From: Lama guanicoe
Taxonomy: Eukaryota
Reading direction: 5' to 3'
DNA: 64,000 bases
NCBI GenBank assembly: GCA_013239625.1
Contig: MU054391.1
Span: 6,903,824-6,967,823, forward strand
The first letter of the stretch is position 1; the number at the start of each line of letters is the position of its first letter. Below, piece after piece: positions 24,181-38,138 of the stretch. The notes beneath the pieces are model-generated. The model saw only the letters and a program-made list of their open reading frames with translations, did not search any database and was not told the DNA's origin. The position numbers were made by a program, and so were the translations under genes.

Positions 24181-26124
24181 CTTGACACTAACGACACTAA
24201 TAACTGAAAATTCTGAGCCTGCAGGGATGTTAATTTACTCTTGAGCCCCCTCGGCCCATCTCAGGTACTTGCCCAGTGTTGATGCTTAGTAAATACTGGT
24301 AACCAAACCTTCGTGAAATTTTTTACTTCTCTGTATCTTTCTTTCTTTCCCTTTTTCCCCTTCCTCTTTTCATATGAGGAATAAATTATTGATTCCCTAT
24401 TGTGTTAGATATCATGGCGGGGACAGGAGATACTCGTTTGAATTTGGCACGGACTCAACCTCAAATTCCGGTGGAAAAGACAGATAAATCAACGGAACAT
24501 TTAAAGCGGGAGCCAGAATGTGTGTTTTCAGATCCTGGCTCCCACTACTTGGAAGTTTACCAGAACTTAAGCAAGCTACTTAATCGCTCTGTGCTTCAGT
24601 TTCCTCATCTGTTAAATGGGATCAATGCCAGTACTTGCCTCATAAGGTCGTTGTGAGGATTGAATGAATGAATGAATGAATGTAGACTACTTAGAACCGA
24701 GAATAGCACGTTTGATATAAAAAAGCGATACCACGTGGTAAGTAAAGAGTGGAAGGCAGCAACTGAGCTGTGATAGTTAGAACCAGGGGCTTCTAGGCGG
24801 CCCGAGGTGGGGCAGGGAAGGCTCCCAGAAGAAGGTGGATGCCCACTAGACTGTAAACTTCTTGAGGTCAGAGGCATTCCTTAATCTTTATATCTCTGGC
24901 GTCTAGCACAGTTCCTGGCAAATAGTAAGTGCCCCATAAATGTTTGCTAAATATTTAGAATGACGTGAAATAAAGGATAACCTAGGGGAAGTCTCCAGAA
25001 GATTGGATTTTGTTGCACAAGAGAATTTCCCAGAGTGTTTAAATGACACCTTTCCCAACCAGAGTCCCCGAGAAGGCAAGCTCTGGAGACCAGAAATGGC
25101 TATTTTTAATTCCAAAAACCCCACATAAATCTAGCGTTTGCTGTATGTTTAGCATTCTGCTAAATGTTTTGTACAAATTTTCTTATGTAAATCTTACATT
25201 AAAATTGAAAGATGAGTCCTTTTCTGCCCAATTTACAGATAAGCAAAATGAAGAGGAGTAAGATTTACAAAAATTACCAAAGGTACTGGCTAGGCAGAGA
25301 CAGGATCCGACCTCACAGCTGATTAATTTGCTATGCAGATCCCTGGGTAGATTCTTGAAGGGTGACTAGATTTCCTACAGTCAGAGGTGGGGTCTGTGAC
25401 TGCAGGTGGGGTGGTTTGGGATGGGGTGGGGGGCACTGAAGGCTGAAAGCAGAGCTGAGCACAGCTGTCTAGAGTCAGGGCCGTGACCCCTCCAGACACT
25501 TACCTGTGACTTGGCTTTACCCTGAGACTTGATCATTGGCACATTTTTGAGCCTGTGCCTGGCAGAAGAGGAGATGCTGAGGAGTGAACTAAGTCAGAGG
25601 GAGGCCTTACCTTATGGTCCAGCGGGCCCCACACAACCCAGAGCACATAAATACTAAGTCAGAATATGTAAGACACCCTATGGGAGCACAGGGAAGGAGG
25701 AAAAATACCGAATTTAATATAAACGACAGGTGCTTTTTCACACACCTCCCTATGTGATAGATATTTCTAGAATACAGATGAGGATACAGAGGATCAGAGA
25801 GGTTAAATGACTTGCTCAAGACCACATCCTTAGGTGGCCGAAACGCAGGACTTTAGCCACCAAATCCTTTGCTTTGTCCACCATGTCCCACTGTGGTGCA
25901 CAGACACAGTTCCCAGCACGGACATTCTGGTATTTTCCTTTCTAGCCCTGTTTTTGTGTTTTTTCCTTGGGACAAAATGGTACTAGGGAAAAACAGGATA
26001 GGCCCAGTGCCCGTGTGTGCCTGACTAATTCTGCCTTACCTGCCAAGGGATAGTCTACCTTCCTTTTATGGTAAAATTTCCTCCCCCGAAGTCTGTGAGG
26101 AGATGGCCACGTCCCATGGGGATT

Positions 26125-26300
26125 TCTGTGATGGCAGAAATGTTTTGTGCTGCCCAATATGGTAGCCATTAGCCACATGTGACTGTTGAGCACATGAAGT
26201 GTGGCTTTTGTGTCTCAGGAACTGAAATTTAATTTAACTTAATTTAATTTAAATTTTAGTAGCCAGGTAACTACTGGCTACCATATTGGATAGCACAGGT
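26125..26300. mobile_element. MER3-like hAT MITE
   Basis: gtgctgcccaatatggtagcca...tggctaccatattggatagcac inverted repeat. Confidence 0.75.
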
Positions 26301-27159
26301 AGAGATACTAAAGTGTGGCTATCCTCTAGTCTGGCAAGATTCTAAGTGTGGTGTGTGGACCTCAGCATTGCCACCACCTGGGAGCTTGTTAGGAATGCAA
26401 ATTTTCTGGCCCTACCTCAGACCCTACAGAATCAGAAACTCTGAGAATTTGGGTGTATTCTGCAAGGACTAGTCTAGCCTAACCCCTTCTTTTCCAGACA
26501 AGGAAACAGACCCCCACCCCATCTCCAAGTGCTGATACCCTAGGTAAATCAAAGCCAAGTTAGCTTTTCTAATGCTGTGTTTCAGGACTGAGGACGTGAA
26601 ACAAATCCAATGGTCACCACTATAACCTAGCATTCGCTAGATGTTACAACTTTCTCCATATACCTTCTACTCCAATTTAGACATTCTTAGACCTTCAGCA
26701 ACAGGATGAGTCCAGTGGGAGGCAAGGAGGATGCTTAGGAGGCTGTCAATCAACTAAAGGACAGCTGATGATGGCTCGAACTGGGCGGTAGTGGTGGTGA
26801 AAGTGGGGAGAAGAGACAGAGTCAATATAGATGCAGAAGGGACAGAGCTTGAGGGCTGGTTAAGTTTAAGGGAAGGCTTGGACCCCAGATGGCTTGAAGT
26901 CCAGGCCAGTACTTGAAGTTCAGGCATAGGTGAGATTTGTTCAAGGGGCAGGAGTAAGGGTAAGGTGGCGCAGGGCCAGGGGTTAGAGCCAGAGGGCAGC
27001 CACAGTGAGAGGGCTGGCAGAGACTGTCACAGTTGTTTACAGTAAGTGGTTTTGCTTTTGTTTTAAACTAATCAGCAACAAAGGTAACTGAGAGGGAGTA
27101 GCAAGGGAAATAGAAGGTAGATTTGGACTATGAGTGCCTTAGAGCTTCAAAGAAAAGAT

Positions 27160-27310
27160 GTTTTCTCTCTTTCTTCCCTCCCTCCTTTCCTTTCCTTCCT
27201 TCCTCCCTTCCTTCTTTCCTTCCTTCCTTCCATCCTTCTTTCTCTTTCTTTTATTCTTTCTTTCCTACTTTGCTTCCTTCCTCTCCATCACCCCCCTTTA
27301 TTTTTTTTTA
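27160..27310. repeat. (CTTC)n / pyrimidine-rich simple repeat
   Basis: Read directly. Confidence 0.85.
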
Positions 27311-27999
27311 AGATGGAGGAGGCTTAAATTTTTTAATGTTGATGAGAAGGCGCTAGTGGAAAGGGAAAGGTTGATGCTATGATGGAGAAAGGGGAGGACC
27401 CTGAGGATGCTGACGGGGTTGCGATGCAGAGAGCCAGTGGAAGGGAAACTGGGGGCAAGACGAGGACTCCGCCTCCATGGTGACGGAGGCAAGTGTAAGG
27501 ACAGGGGCAGGTAAGCTTATAAGGTATTTCTAGCAGGAAGCTGAGGGGGTTCATGCTCTGTGAAGCCAAGGTCATCTGCTGAGAGTAAGCGGAGATGGCA
27601 GAACTGGAGATTTGGGAGACATGCCAGGCACTCAGAGAATAGTCATGGAAGGATGGCTGGATGATGAACAGTAGAATAGAATAACTTGGGAAACAAATTA
27701 AGATTTTGGATTCTGCTGGAGATGACATCTGCAGTCCATGACTATTTCACAGCGGCTCTAATGACATATCCTCAAATGAAAACTGGAAATAGAACAGGCA
27801 TGTGTAAAAGATGGCTGCGGAGAAACGGTGGCAGCAAGACCATTCCCCATTAGTTTTTTGTATGTGGTAGCCTGGGTCATAGAACCTTAGGCACAGAAAG
27901 AGGTCTTGGGGATGCTTTAGTAAAACCTTATCTCAGGGGGAGGAAACAGAAAACAGAGAGGTTAATGACTTGCCTGAGATCAAAAAGATTGTTTCCACG

Positions 28000-28840
28000 A
28001 TTAAAAAATGGGCAGAAGAACTGAATAGACATAGTTCCAAAGAAGAAATGCAGATGGCCCACAGGCACATGAAAAGACACTCAACATCTCTAGTTGTCAG
28101 TGAAATGCAAATCAAAACCACAGTGAGATATCGCCTCACACCTGTCAGAATGGCCATCATCAAAAAGAAGACAAATAACAAACGTCAGTGACGATGTGGG
28201 GAAAAGGGAACCATAGTATACCGTTGGTGGGAATGTAAATTGGTACAGCAGCTGTGGAAAACAGTATGCGGGGGTTACTTAAAAAGCTAAAAATAGAACT
28301 ACCATATCACCCAATAATTCCACTCCTGAGTATATATCTGAAAAAAATAAAAACACTAATTTGAAAAGATACAAGGATCCCAATGTTTATAGCAGCATTA
28401 TTTACAATTGCCAACGTGTGGAAGCAAGTTGTGTCCATCAACAGATGAATGGACAAAGATGTGGGGTATATATATATGTATATTTATATACAGTATAGTA
28501 CTACCCAGCCATAAAAGAGAGTAAATTTTTGCCATTTGCAGCAACACAGATTGACTTAGAGGGCACTATGCTAAGTGAAATAAGTGAGATGGAGAAAGAC
28601 AAATATTGTGGAATCTAAAAAAATACAACAGACTAATGGATAAAACAAAAAGGAAGCAGACTCACAGATACAGAGAACAAATTAGTGATACTGGTGGAAA
28701 GAGGGGGAGAGGGAGGGGCAAGATAGGGGTAGAGGGGAAAAAAGAGTTACTATGGCATTAGATGAAATTATTTGTGTGAAACTTGAAAATTGTGAAGTGC
28801 TATAGAATTTAAAGAATTTCATTCAGTAATAATAACAATT
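28000..28840 (+). mobile_element. L1 fragment (ORF2 C-terminus and 3' UTR), degenerate
   Basis: [56 protein letters not shown] is typical L1 ORF2; stops follow. Confidence 0.92.
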
Positions 28841-31227
28841 TTTAAAAAGATGGTTTTCTAGCAGAGCTGCCACTCAAACCCTGGTCTCTTCCTTTCCAGA
28901 TCAGTAGCCTTTTTAGGAAGGTGATGAGGCGCTGGGACACACTTGGCAGAGAGGAGTGTGGAAGAGATAGAAGGATGCTGAAAGAGGAGAGGTTCCCTGG
29001 AAAGAGGGGCAGACAAATCTGGGCTGGAGCGAGTCCTGCATCTACCCTTATTAGCCTCACTGGCAAGTATCTTAACTTTTAGGATCCTCAGTTTCTATAT
29101 TTGTAAACTGAGGATAAACATCCCTGCAATTTTGCTGCATTGGAGATAATGGGCATCAAGTCCAGGGGGCACAATCGATCCTCAATGATAAACCGAACTT
29201 CACAATTTTCCCAATAATCGAGTCTCAAACTCCCCACTCCAGGGACTAAAAATGGTTCTAAAATGACATCAAATGGAACAAAGAGCCGGGTGGCTAACTC
29301 TTTGTTCTGAGGTTTTGTTCAGAACTTGACAAGCTTTACGGAGAGCTCCCAAGAAGTTGCTAGCCCCCTAGAGTTTTCATTGGTCCAGGACGCATGGATT
29401 CAGACTCTCCACTTAGCAACAGTATTTGCCTCCCACTTCAGAAAGGAAACAAAAAAGTCAGCGTGCAGTTAAATACACCCACAAGAACAAATCCCAAAGG
29501 AAGCCTGTCAAAAAAGAGCTGTGGGAAAGATGAGCTATTGCTGTATGCCTCGGTGAACTCCAATGAGGAAGCAACAAAGGGGAGGGAGGGTGGGCACGAA
29601 TACTTGTCAGTTCTAGCCTCCAAAAGGGTTTTGGTGATCCCTCCTCCTGATCCCACTGCCCCACGACTGCCCTCATTGTCATTGTTCCTGGACTATTTGA
29701 ACTGCTTCCTAATTCATTCCTGTCTTTCCATCTACAAGTGACGCTATACTATCACTGTCAAATTAAACAACTGCCTTTTAGGGGGTAGCTGTTGACCTCA
29801 CTTTGCCGGAAAAAATCTTTCTAAAGCGTGGATCTCATCTCATCATGCCTCTACTTAAAATCTATTAGTGCACTTTGTATTATGTGCAAGGTTAGTATTT
29901 TTCCCTGTGCACTGGTCACTTGCCTGTCTGGCTGTCTTCCCCAACATACTTCTGGAGGGAGGCGAGGGGCAGGGTCCCAGGCACACAGGAGCCCCCACCA
30001 CTTGATCAGGGCCATTCGCTGCATCACTTTCTCTGGTCCAGTCACATGAATCTTCCTCAAAAGCTTCCCCTCACTGCTGGCTCTGCTCACATATTTTCTT
30101 TGCTAGAACATTATCCCTTTGATGTGTCCCCTAGTAAGCCCCTCATCCTTATTTTTTTTTACATATATAAACATTTTTTTTATTGAGTTACAGTCATTTT
30201 ACAATGTTGTGTCAAATTCCAGTGTAGAGCACAATTTTTCAGTTATACATGAATATACATACATTCATTGTCACATTCTCTTTCTCTGTGAGCCACCACA
30301 AGATTCTGTATATATTTCCCTGTGCTACACAGTACAATCTTGTTTATCTACTCTACATTTTGAAATTCTAGTCCCTCCCTCATTCTTATTTTATACATTC
30401 CTCCTCCAGAAAGCCTTCTTGAACACCCCAGCCTCCTCCCCATATGTGGTCCAATGAGTCCCACAACCTGGACCGATGCCCCAGTAACCTTCACAATCAT
30501 TAGTTACATTATAAATAATTAGCACTTGAAAAAAATAAAACCTTTACTATGCATTTTCTTCAATCGTATGTAATTTCGTTCTGTAAATACCATTAGATAT
30601 GAGGAAGGGGGTCCTTGAAACTTGCTACACAATTGGCAGATGTTTTATGATCGGAACACAGCATCTTCTCAAACTTTCATATAACATAATCTTGTCTGGT
30701 TATGAAGGGCCAATGTTAAACGGCTAGTTTGTGTCCAAGTTGCAGCCAGATTTTTAAACAGTCTCACTAAAGTTGAATTTTACATTTTATTCCACTCGAA
30801 TTCTATATATGCACAATTTAGTTTGTTTGCTAATGTGCTATTGATTGTTAAATGTGTCCTACTTAAATGTTCGCTTCCCACGCACTACCCCTATGAAACA
30901 CATCAGTTGCACCAAATTTGCTTTGCCTTTCTGACTCTGCCTTGTTTACCTGTAGCAGCCAGTATGATAACAGCAGTGGGGCCTACCATTTGCTGGAGTG
31001 TAGTGCCTTGTCTCTCCACCAGGTGGAGCAGTTTCACCTTAGGGAGTGCACTGAGTAAGGCCTCTGAATTTGGGATGGTCATTATCCCTGGTGAAATGGA
31101 GGTGGGGTGAAGTAGAGTGCAAGGCAGTTGGGTCTGAATTTAAGGTTTCAAATGAGGAAGATGTATTACTGATCCAGGTGAAGTTTAGTACCCCTGGTCT
31201 GGACCACTTGTAGAAACAAGTCAAGTC

Positions 31228-31650
31228 CTACTAGGGATTTGAATTGTGTTTTACATCCCTGTCTCCTTCCAAATTCATACGTTGAAGTCCTAACCCCCGG
31301 AACCTCTGAATGTGACCTTATTTGGAGAGAGGGTCTTTGCAGAGGCAGTCAAACTAAAATTAGGTCACTAAGGTGGGCTCTATTCCAACATGCCTGGTGT
31401 CTTTATAAGGAAGGAAGTGTTGGATACAGACACACATAGAGGGAAAACCATGTCAAGAGACAGGAGGAAGACAGCCTACAAGTCAAAAAGAAAGGTCTGG
31501 AACAGATCGCTCCCTCACAGCCCTCAGAAGGAACCAACCCCACGGGACCTTTGATTCTGGGCTTCCAGCCTCTAGAACTGACACAATACATTTCTGTTGT
31601 TTCAGGTCCCCAGTCTGTGGGACTTTGTCATGGGAGCCCAAGCAAACCAA
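31228..31650 (+). mobile_element. MaLR LTR (MLT1-like)
   Basis: tgaattgtg...aaattcatacgttgaagtcctaacccc...gaatgtgaccttatttggag...cttccagcctctagaact. Confidence 0.8.
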
Positions 31651-32430
31651 CAGCCCCACCCACTCACATTTGGGAGAATTTAAGTAAGCTGGATTTAGGC
31701 ATTTATGATGCTAGAGAAACGTTTTCTCCTCGGAAAGTTATCATTAACAACATAAACGGGGTTATAGTCTAGAGATATTTATTATAAGCGACTAAACTTT
31801 AGGTATCCTTAAGCCAGTTAGAAGCCCTCTTTAAACAAGCGGTATGCGGATAGCATATGAGTCTATGCTGCCTGCCATCCCCGAAGGGGAGCTTCCAAAG
31901 GCTGCCTCCAACTCCGCTCTGCGGCATTTGACTGGGCGCCTATGACAGCGTAAGAGGGAGCCACCAGAGCTCCAGCGGGAGAGGAGGAGGAGGGAGTATA
32001 TATCTGCATGTGTGATGAGAGAAACAAATACATGTATGTCTGAAAACATGTGAGAGAAGGAATTTGTGTCTGGGCGGAGTCATGTGAAAAGGTGTGCATG
32101 TTAGAAAGAAAAACATAAGAGAAGAGCTGGATTTTCGAGAAACAGAAACATGGGTGTATGGAGAATGTATATACCAAGGGGAGAAATGTTTGTGTAACAA
32201 GGTGATGAGGTGTGTATGTGTGAGGGAGAGAAATATCTGGTGTCGGGGGAAGAAACGCACGTGTGAGACGTACATGTATGAAGAGCCTTGTGTATGTCTG
32301 AAGCGTGTGTGCCGTGTGCATTTAAGGAAGCCATGGTGTGTGTAAGGAATACGTGTGTAGCAGGTACATACAAGGGGGGACGTGTGTGTGGAGATGTGTC
32401 TGCGTGAAGGAGAGAAGAATGCATGTGTGT

Positions 32431-32505
32431 AAGCTGTGTGTGTGAGGAGAAGGCTGTGTGTGTGACGAGAAGGCTGTGTGTGTGAGGGGAAGGCTGTGTG
32501 TGTGA
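32431..32505. repeat. ~20-bp minisatellite (aaggctgtgtgtgtgagg(a/g)g) in a TG-rich low-complexity tract (~32000-32510)
   Basis: About 3.7 near-identical units, read directly. Confidence 0.85.
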
Positions 32506-34879
32506 TTCTTTAGGACGATGCTGGTCAAAGAAACGAATGTGCCCAGAAGCCATGTCTAATTGCCTTCCTGACCCCATGGCCTCCGTGAACCCGGCTTACT
32601 GAAGGAGCTCAGAGATTGACAGCTCCTTTGTAAGTATTCGGTTGGTCACCACAATTTTTTTAGTTTGGTCCCGTTTCTGTCAACAACATTTTAAACTAGG
32701 TTGATTCCCCTTGTTTTTTAAGAAAATATCTTGAAATTACTTTTTCAAGTTTTGGTTCAAGTTCAAGAGAGATATATAAAAGAAGTGGGTCAGGTTCAGT
32801 TTCAGGAAAAAAAATGCTAATCATTTGTATTTGTGTGCTGGTATTTAAATCAATGAATGAGGAGCAAAGAGGTGATACCTGAAGCAGGAAAATAAGACAC
32901 AACTTTTTCATTGAATTTCTTTTTTTGTCTAATTAATTCTTAATTGACAGGAGCCTATGCATTTCTAATATAGATTTTAAAAATACGATTTGGTTTCCCC
33001 GAAGTCATCGTATCAATTAGCTAAGGCATGGGACATTTTCCTAAGAATTTTTCCCGAGCAGTAACCTCATGTTCACTTTGATTCCGCTGGTGAGCTAAAT
33101 TATATTTTTGTCTTTATTAAAAGTGAATTCCTTTCAATGTTGGGTTTCAAGTAAAGGAATTAATTTTTGGAATGACTTTGGTATAATGGGGAATAAGCAG
33201 GCAAACTAACTATTGCTCATGGGCCAAATTTGCTCAGCTTTCTAGTTTTTTTGGGGGGAGGGGTCTTTTTTATGGCCCATGAGGTAAAGTGCTTGTTACA
33301 TTTTAAAAGCTTTTTTAAATATATATATATTTTATTATTAAAGTAGAGTTGGTTTACAATGTTGTGTTAATTTCTGGTGTACAGCATAGTGACTCAGTTT
33401 TACATATATATATTCCTTTTCATATTCTTTTTCATTATAGGCTATTACAAGTGATTAATATGGGTCCCTGTGCTGTACAGTAGGAACTTATGTAACAGAG
33501 TAGTGTGGATTTTGCCTCTTGGCTGGCAAAGCCTAAAATATTTACTTTTAACCCTTCAAGAAAAAGTTTGTTGACCTTGTTCTGCAGAATTTTTTTTGCA
33601 TGATAAAACGTAACCTGCCAAAATGTAAGGGGAAAAAGAATTAAGTACAGTGATTATCAGTTTAGTAATTGCAGTAACTAATCTAAGCCTTAGAGCCAAC
33701 ATATTGGTTAATGTTAATTCAACATGGTTCTTCTGTACATATTTTTATTGGAGTGGTGGAAAAATTGTATATTCCCTGGAAACACAAGCACAGTCAAGAG
33801 TGTTCACTGCAGTCTTATCTATAATCATGAAAAGCTGATCAACTCAGAAGTCCATCAACAGAAGAATGTCTATACAAACTATGCCATGGCCATACAATGG
33901 AACAGTGTTTCGCAGTTAAAACAAACCATCTAGGGCTATACGTACCATTAGATGGCTCTTACAGACATGATATTGAGCAAAACAACATAAAACAAACCTA
34001 CTGGGTTATGGAACAAAGCAGAATATTATAAACTGGTAAACATGCTATATGTGAACACATGCATGTGTAGTAACAGCATGGGAACACTGATGGGATGTTT
34101 TAGAAGAGTACTGGGCATTGTGGGGGAGGAAAGAATTGGGGTCAGGGAGGGCTGCCCAGGGCCTTTAACTGTATGGTGACATTTATTTCTTACATGAATA
34201 TTTGAAGTAAGTATGGCATGAGGTTAGGATTGGCTGGTTCTTGGGCACACTGGGCAGGGCTCATGAAGATACCCTTTCTAGTTTAGTGAGCGTTTGAAAC
34301 ATCCCATAATAAGAAAAGGAAAAGGATGGTTCTGCCAGTCAGAGTACGGGAAATCTGCCCAGATTGATCCAGGCAACATTTTTACAGAGGATCCCGTGTG
34401 TGCTGGCGCTTGCTGAGGGCCAGACCCTCATTCCCCCATTTCCTTATTTAACCGCCCAGCTCAGTGAACTGTGACTGTCTCCCCCGTCCTCAAGGACACT
34501 GTCAGACAGGCCCAAGGCCACAACGCGCGAGTCGCGGGGTGGGCGGCGGAGAGCCCAGGGCTGCTAGCCTGACTAGTTCTGCACTTTGCAGGCAGGCTCC
34601 TGAAACCACAGGGGCTCGTCTTTTGCTTAAAAATAAAAAAGAAAGATTTCGAGTTTTACCCCTGCCCTGTGCTCACTTCCCCGGGTTACCTCTGCACCAG
34701 CCGCCGGCGAGGTCAGCAAAGATTTATTTTAAGTTCGTTGGTTCCTTCCTTCCTTCCTTCCGTTTCTTCCCGTGCTCACTCTTCTAACCGATACTGGGGC
34801 CAGGGGAAGTTCACTGGGTTCCACCCGCAGGTGCCCATCGTTCCAGAGTCTTCTTTCTCCTCGGCTGGCCTCAGCCAGG

Positions 34880-36043
34880 CTCCCTGGGTCGCCCTAACCC
34901 CCGCTGCTTGAGCCGGTCCGCTGGGGGCGGGAAAAGGGCGCGGGAAGCCGGGGTCCTGAGGGCGCCCGGGACTGCGCCTGGGGCGCGCCACCGACGTGAC
35001 CCTACGCAGGGATCAGCCCCGGCGACCGGCGGTGGGTGGACCGGGGCCCTTGGAGGGGAGCCTTTGGGAGGCCTGGGCTCCGCTCCTGTTTCCTTGCTGC
35101 CTCTGTGCGCCTGGGTCCCAAGCGATAGAAATGACCTCTGTTCTCCGAGGGTTCTTCCAACTTCGGCCCAGACTCCCTGCCTTGCTAAGACTCCGGTGAC
35201 CCGAGGGCTCCCAGTGTGGCCCCGCGGGAAGGTGGGCAGGGTGTGTGCCCGGAGGCCGGTCGGGGACAGCTGGGGGAGGAACCCCTCGGGGAGATCAGAG
35301 AAGAAAGAGACACTTCCCGAGAGCAGGCGGCGCCGCCAGCCCGGTGCCGGGCCCCTCAGGTGGGGAGGTCGGGCTCGGCGCGGAGGGCGCAGGAGGAGGG
35401 CGAGGGGACGGGGCGCGGGCGCCAGGGCGAGGGCGGCTGGGGTAAAACTGGGGCGCGAGCCCAGACGGCGGGCGGGCGCGGGGGCTCGGCTCCGGCCCTC
35501 GTACCTCCTCCCCTCGCCCGACGCCGCCAGGTCCGGCCTCGGCGCCGCCCTCCCCGCGACCCTTCCCCAGCCGGCTCCCGGGGCGGCCGAGCCCACCGCC
35601 GGCCCTCCTCCGCGGTCGGCCCGAAGACCCGGAGCAGCGGACTCCCGGGGGCGGCCGGGGTCAGGGGTCAGTGCCCGGCGCGGGCCGCGCTCCGCAGATC
35701 CGGGCTTTGGCGCGCGCCCCAGAGCCGGCCGAGCCCGCGAGCTGAGGGAGTGACCGCGCGGGAGGCTGGGCTGGCCCTCCGACGGCGGCGGGCACAGCGG
35801 AGCCGGGCCGCGGCGGCGCGAGGACAAAGGGCCGCGGTAAGAGCGGCCGCCGACCGGCCGCGGGGCGGGGGCGCGCGTGGGGCGCGCGGGGCCGGGAGCC
35901 GGGCCGTGGGCTGTGGAACCGCGGGACGAGCCGCCGGAGGAGCGCGCGGGCCGACGTGGGCACGTTCTTGGTCGCGACCCGCCGGGAAGCTGAGGACGTG
36001 TCGGGTTCAGCCTCGAGGGCGCGTGGGGATCTGGGTGCTGCTG

Positions 36044-36047
<4 letters not shown>
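34880..36047 (+). promoter_or_regulatory. CpG island, probable distal promoter / non-coding first exon of GREB1
   Basis: Dense CpG and GC boxes; plus-strand donor GCG|GTAAGA at 35837. The GREB1 assignment is inferred from recalled E2F6-GREB1 head-to-head synteny; no GREB1 coding exon is seen in the window. Confidence 0.7.
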
Positions 36048-36121
<74 letters not shown>

Positions 36122-36450
36122 GGAGAGAAGGATCCTGAGAGTGAGCNNNNNNNNNNNNNNNNNNNNNNNNNNNNNNNNNNNNNNNNNNNNNNNNNNNNNN
36201 NNNNNNNNNNNNNNNNNNNNNNNNNNNNNNNNNNNNNNNNNNNNNNNNNNNNNNNNNNNNNNNNNNNNNNNNNNNNNNNNNNNNNNNNNNNNNNNNNNNN
36301 NNNNNNNNNNNNNNNNNNNNNNNNNNNNNNNNNNNNNNNNNNNNNNNNNNNNNNNNNNNNNNNNNNNNNNNNNNNNNNNNNNNNNNNNNNNNNNNNNNNN
36401 NNNNNNNNNNNNNNNNNNNNNNNNNNNNNNNNNNNNNNNNNNNNNNTCGC

Positions 36451-36493
<43 letters not shown>

Positions 36494-36513
36494 GTGTGTG
36501 TGTGTGTGTGTGT
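36048..36513. repeat. (TG)n microsatellites flanking a 300-N assembly gap (36147-36446)
   Basis: Read directly. Confidence 0.97.
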
Positions 36514-37633
36514 AAGAGAGAGGAAGAGAAGGATCGTCAGAATGAGCTGGACAGACTTGGAGCGCACGCTGAGCGCCTGGCACATGGTGAGCGCTCCGTA
36601 GGTGCGAGCTAATACAAGTGACAACGATGGCAATAATTACTATTTTCAGGGTGTGCACGCGTGCGTGCCTGTCTGTGTCTAGGTGTTTAGAGAAGCGGGG
36701 GCCAAAGGTGGCAGCCCCAACTTCCCAGCACTTGAGACCCAGGAGAAAATGGGGCTTCTTTCCAGAACCGCCCTGGGATCGCCTTGGAGGGGGCCCCGAC
36801 CCTTGGAGAGGCTGGTTCAGGGGAGGTGCGGGCTTAGTAGCCGGACCTCATTTTCGGGTCTTGGGAACAAAGGCTGCTTCTCTGAAGTCCAAGAAGGGGT
36901 GTGTGTGTGTGTGTGTGTGTGGCCGCCGGGGCGCAGGCCAGGACGATCGCCATTCACGGAGAAGGATGTTTGGGCCATTTTGCTGTCAAGCGTCTTTTGA
37001 TCCCCGGTCATGAAGACAGGCAGAAAAGAGGAACTACTTAATCTGTAAGCTGAAGCTTTTCTTTAATAAGCTTTTATAATAGAAGTAAGTATGACTTCAG
37101 GACTTGAAAGGGTTTTTTAAAATTTTTGTATCTCTTCTAAACAATACATGTGTAAATTTAACTTGATAAAAAATTGTATTTCTGGTGAGAGCATTTTAAT
37201 TTCTGTGGTTAACACTGTATGTTAGACTGGGGGAAAAGTGGCTGTCTGGGAGGGTTCTGACCTTCATCTTATATAAATGTTGTGTTAATGTCGCCTGGTT
37301 TGCAGCACTTTGCAGAAGAACGTTATTGGAAGTTTTAAAGGCCAACTAGACACCTACCTCTGCCTTAGAATTCTTAACTTTCTGGGCACATTTGAAGAAT
37401 TCCTTATAACCAAGCCATTGCTTCCAGAGTGCTGATTTTGGGTTTGCTCAGAAAAGTTTGTTTCTAGAAAACAAAAACCAAATTTAACAATTTGGTTTAA
37501 ATGAAGCACAGGTGAGGAGCTTTTTCTACAAATCTTTTCACACTAAAATCTGGTTCATTTAAAGTTTGCATTATGATCTGTGACGTTTTCCATCCCCCAC
37601 AGCTGTTCTGCTGTTCATTCTGTAACAAGTATT

Positions 37634-38071
37634 TTTTCCCCCCATTTTTCAGGTAAGGTATAGTTGATGTACAATGTCATGTAAGTTACTGGTATACAAC
37701 GTAGTGACTCACAGTTTTGAAAGGTTATACTCCATTTATAGTTATTAAATATTGGCTATATTTTCTGTGTTGTATAAATATCCTTGTAGCTTATTTTATT
37801 CATAGTAGTTGGTACCTCTTACCCTTAGGTTACCCCTCCCCCTTCCTTCTCCCCACTGGTAACCACTAGCTTGTTCTCTGTATCTGTGAGTCTGCTGCTT
37901 TTTGTTATATTCACTAGTTTGTTATATTTTTTAGATGCCACATGTAAGTGATATATAGTATTTGTCTTTCTTTGTCTGAGTTGTTTCACTTAGCATAATA
38001 CCCTCCAAGTCCATCCATGTTACTGCAAATGGCAGAATTTTGGTCTTTTTTATGGCTGAGTAGTACTCCAT

Positions 38072-38138
<67 letters not shown>

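Noticed and set aside
23288..24244. ORFs of 107-234 aa over the E2F6 promoter
   Set aside because: CpG-island artefacts; only the 36-codon exon 1 frame matches E2F6
30540..30900. Possible ancient DNA-transposon coding remnant
   Set aside because: No family or reading frame could be identified by eye
34871..36658. Long ORFs (595, 461, 281 and 208 aa) over the second CpG island
   Set aside because: They result from stop-poor GC-rich sequence, (TG)n and the N-gap; low-complexity R/P/G/A translations with no recognisable domain
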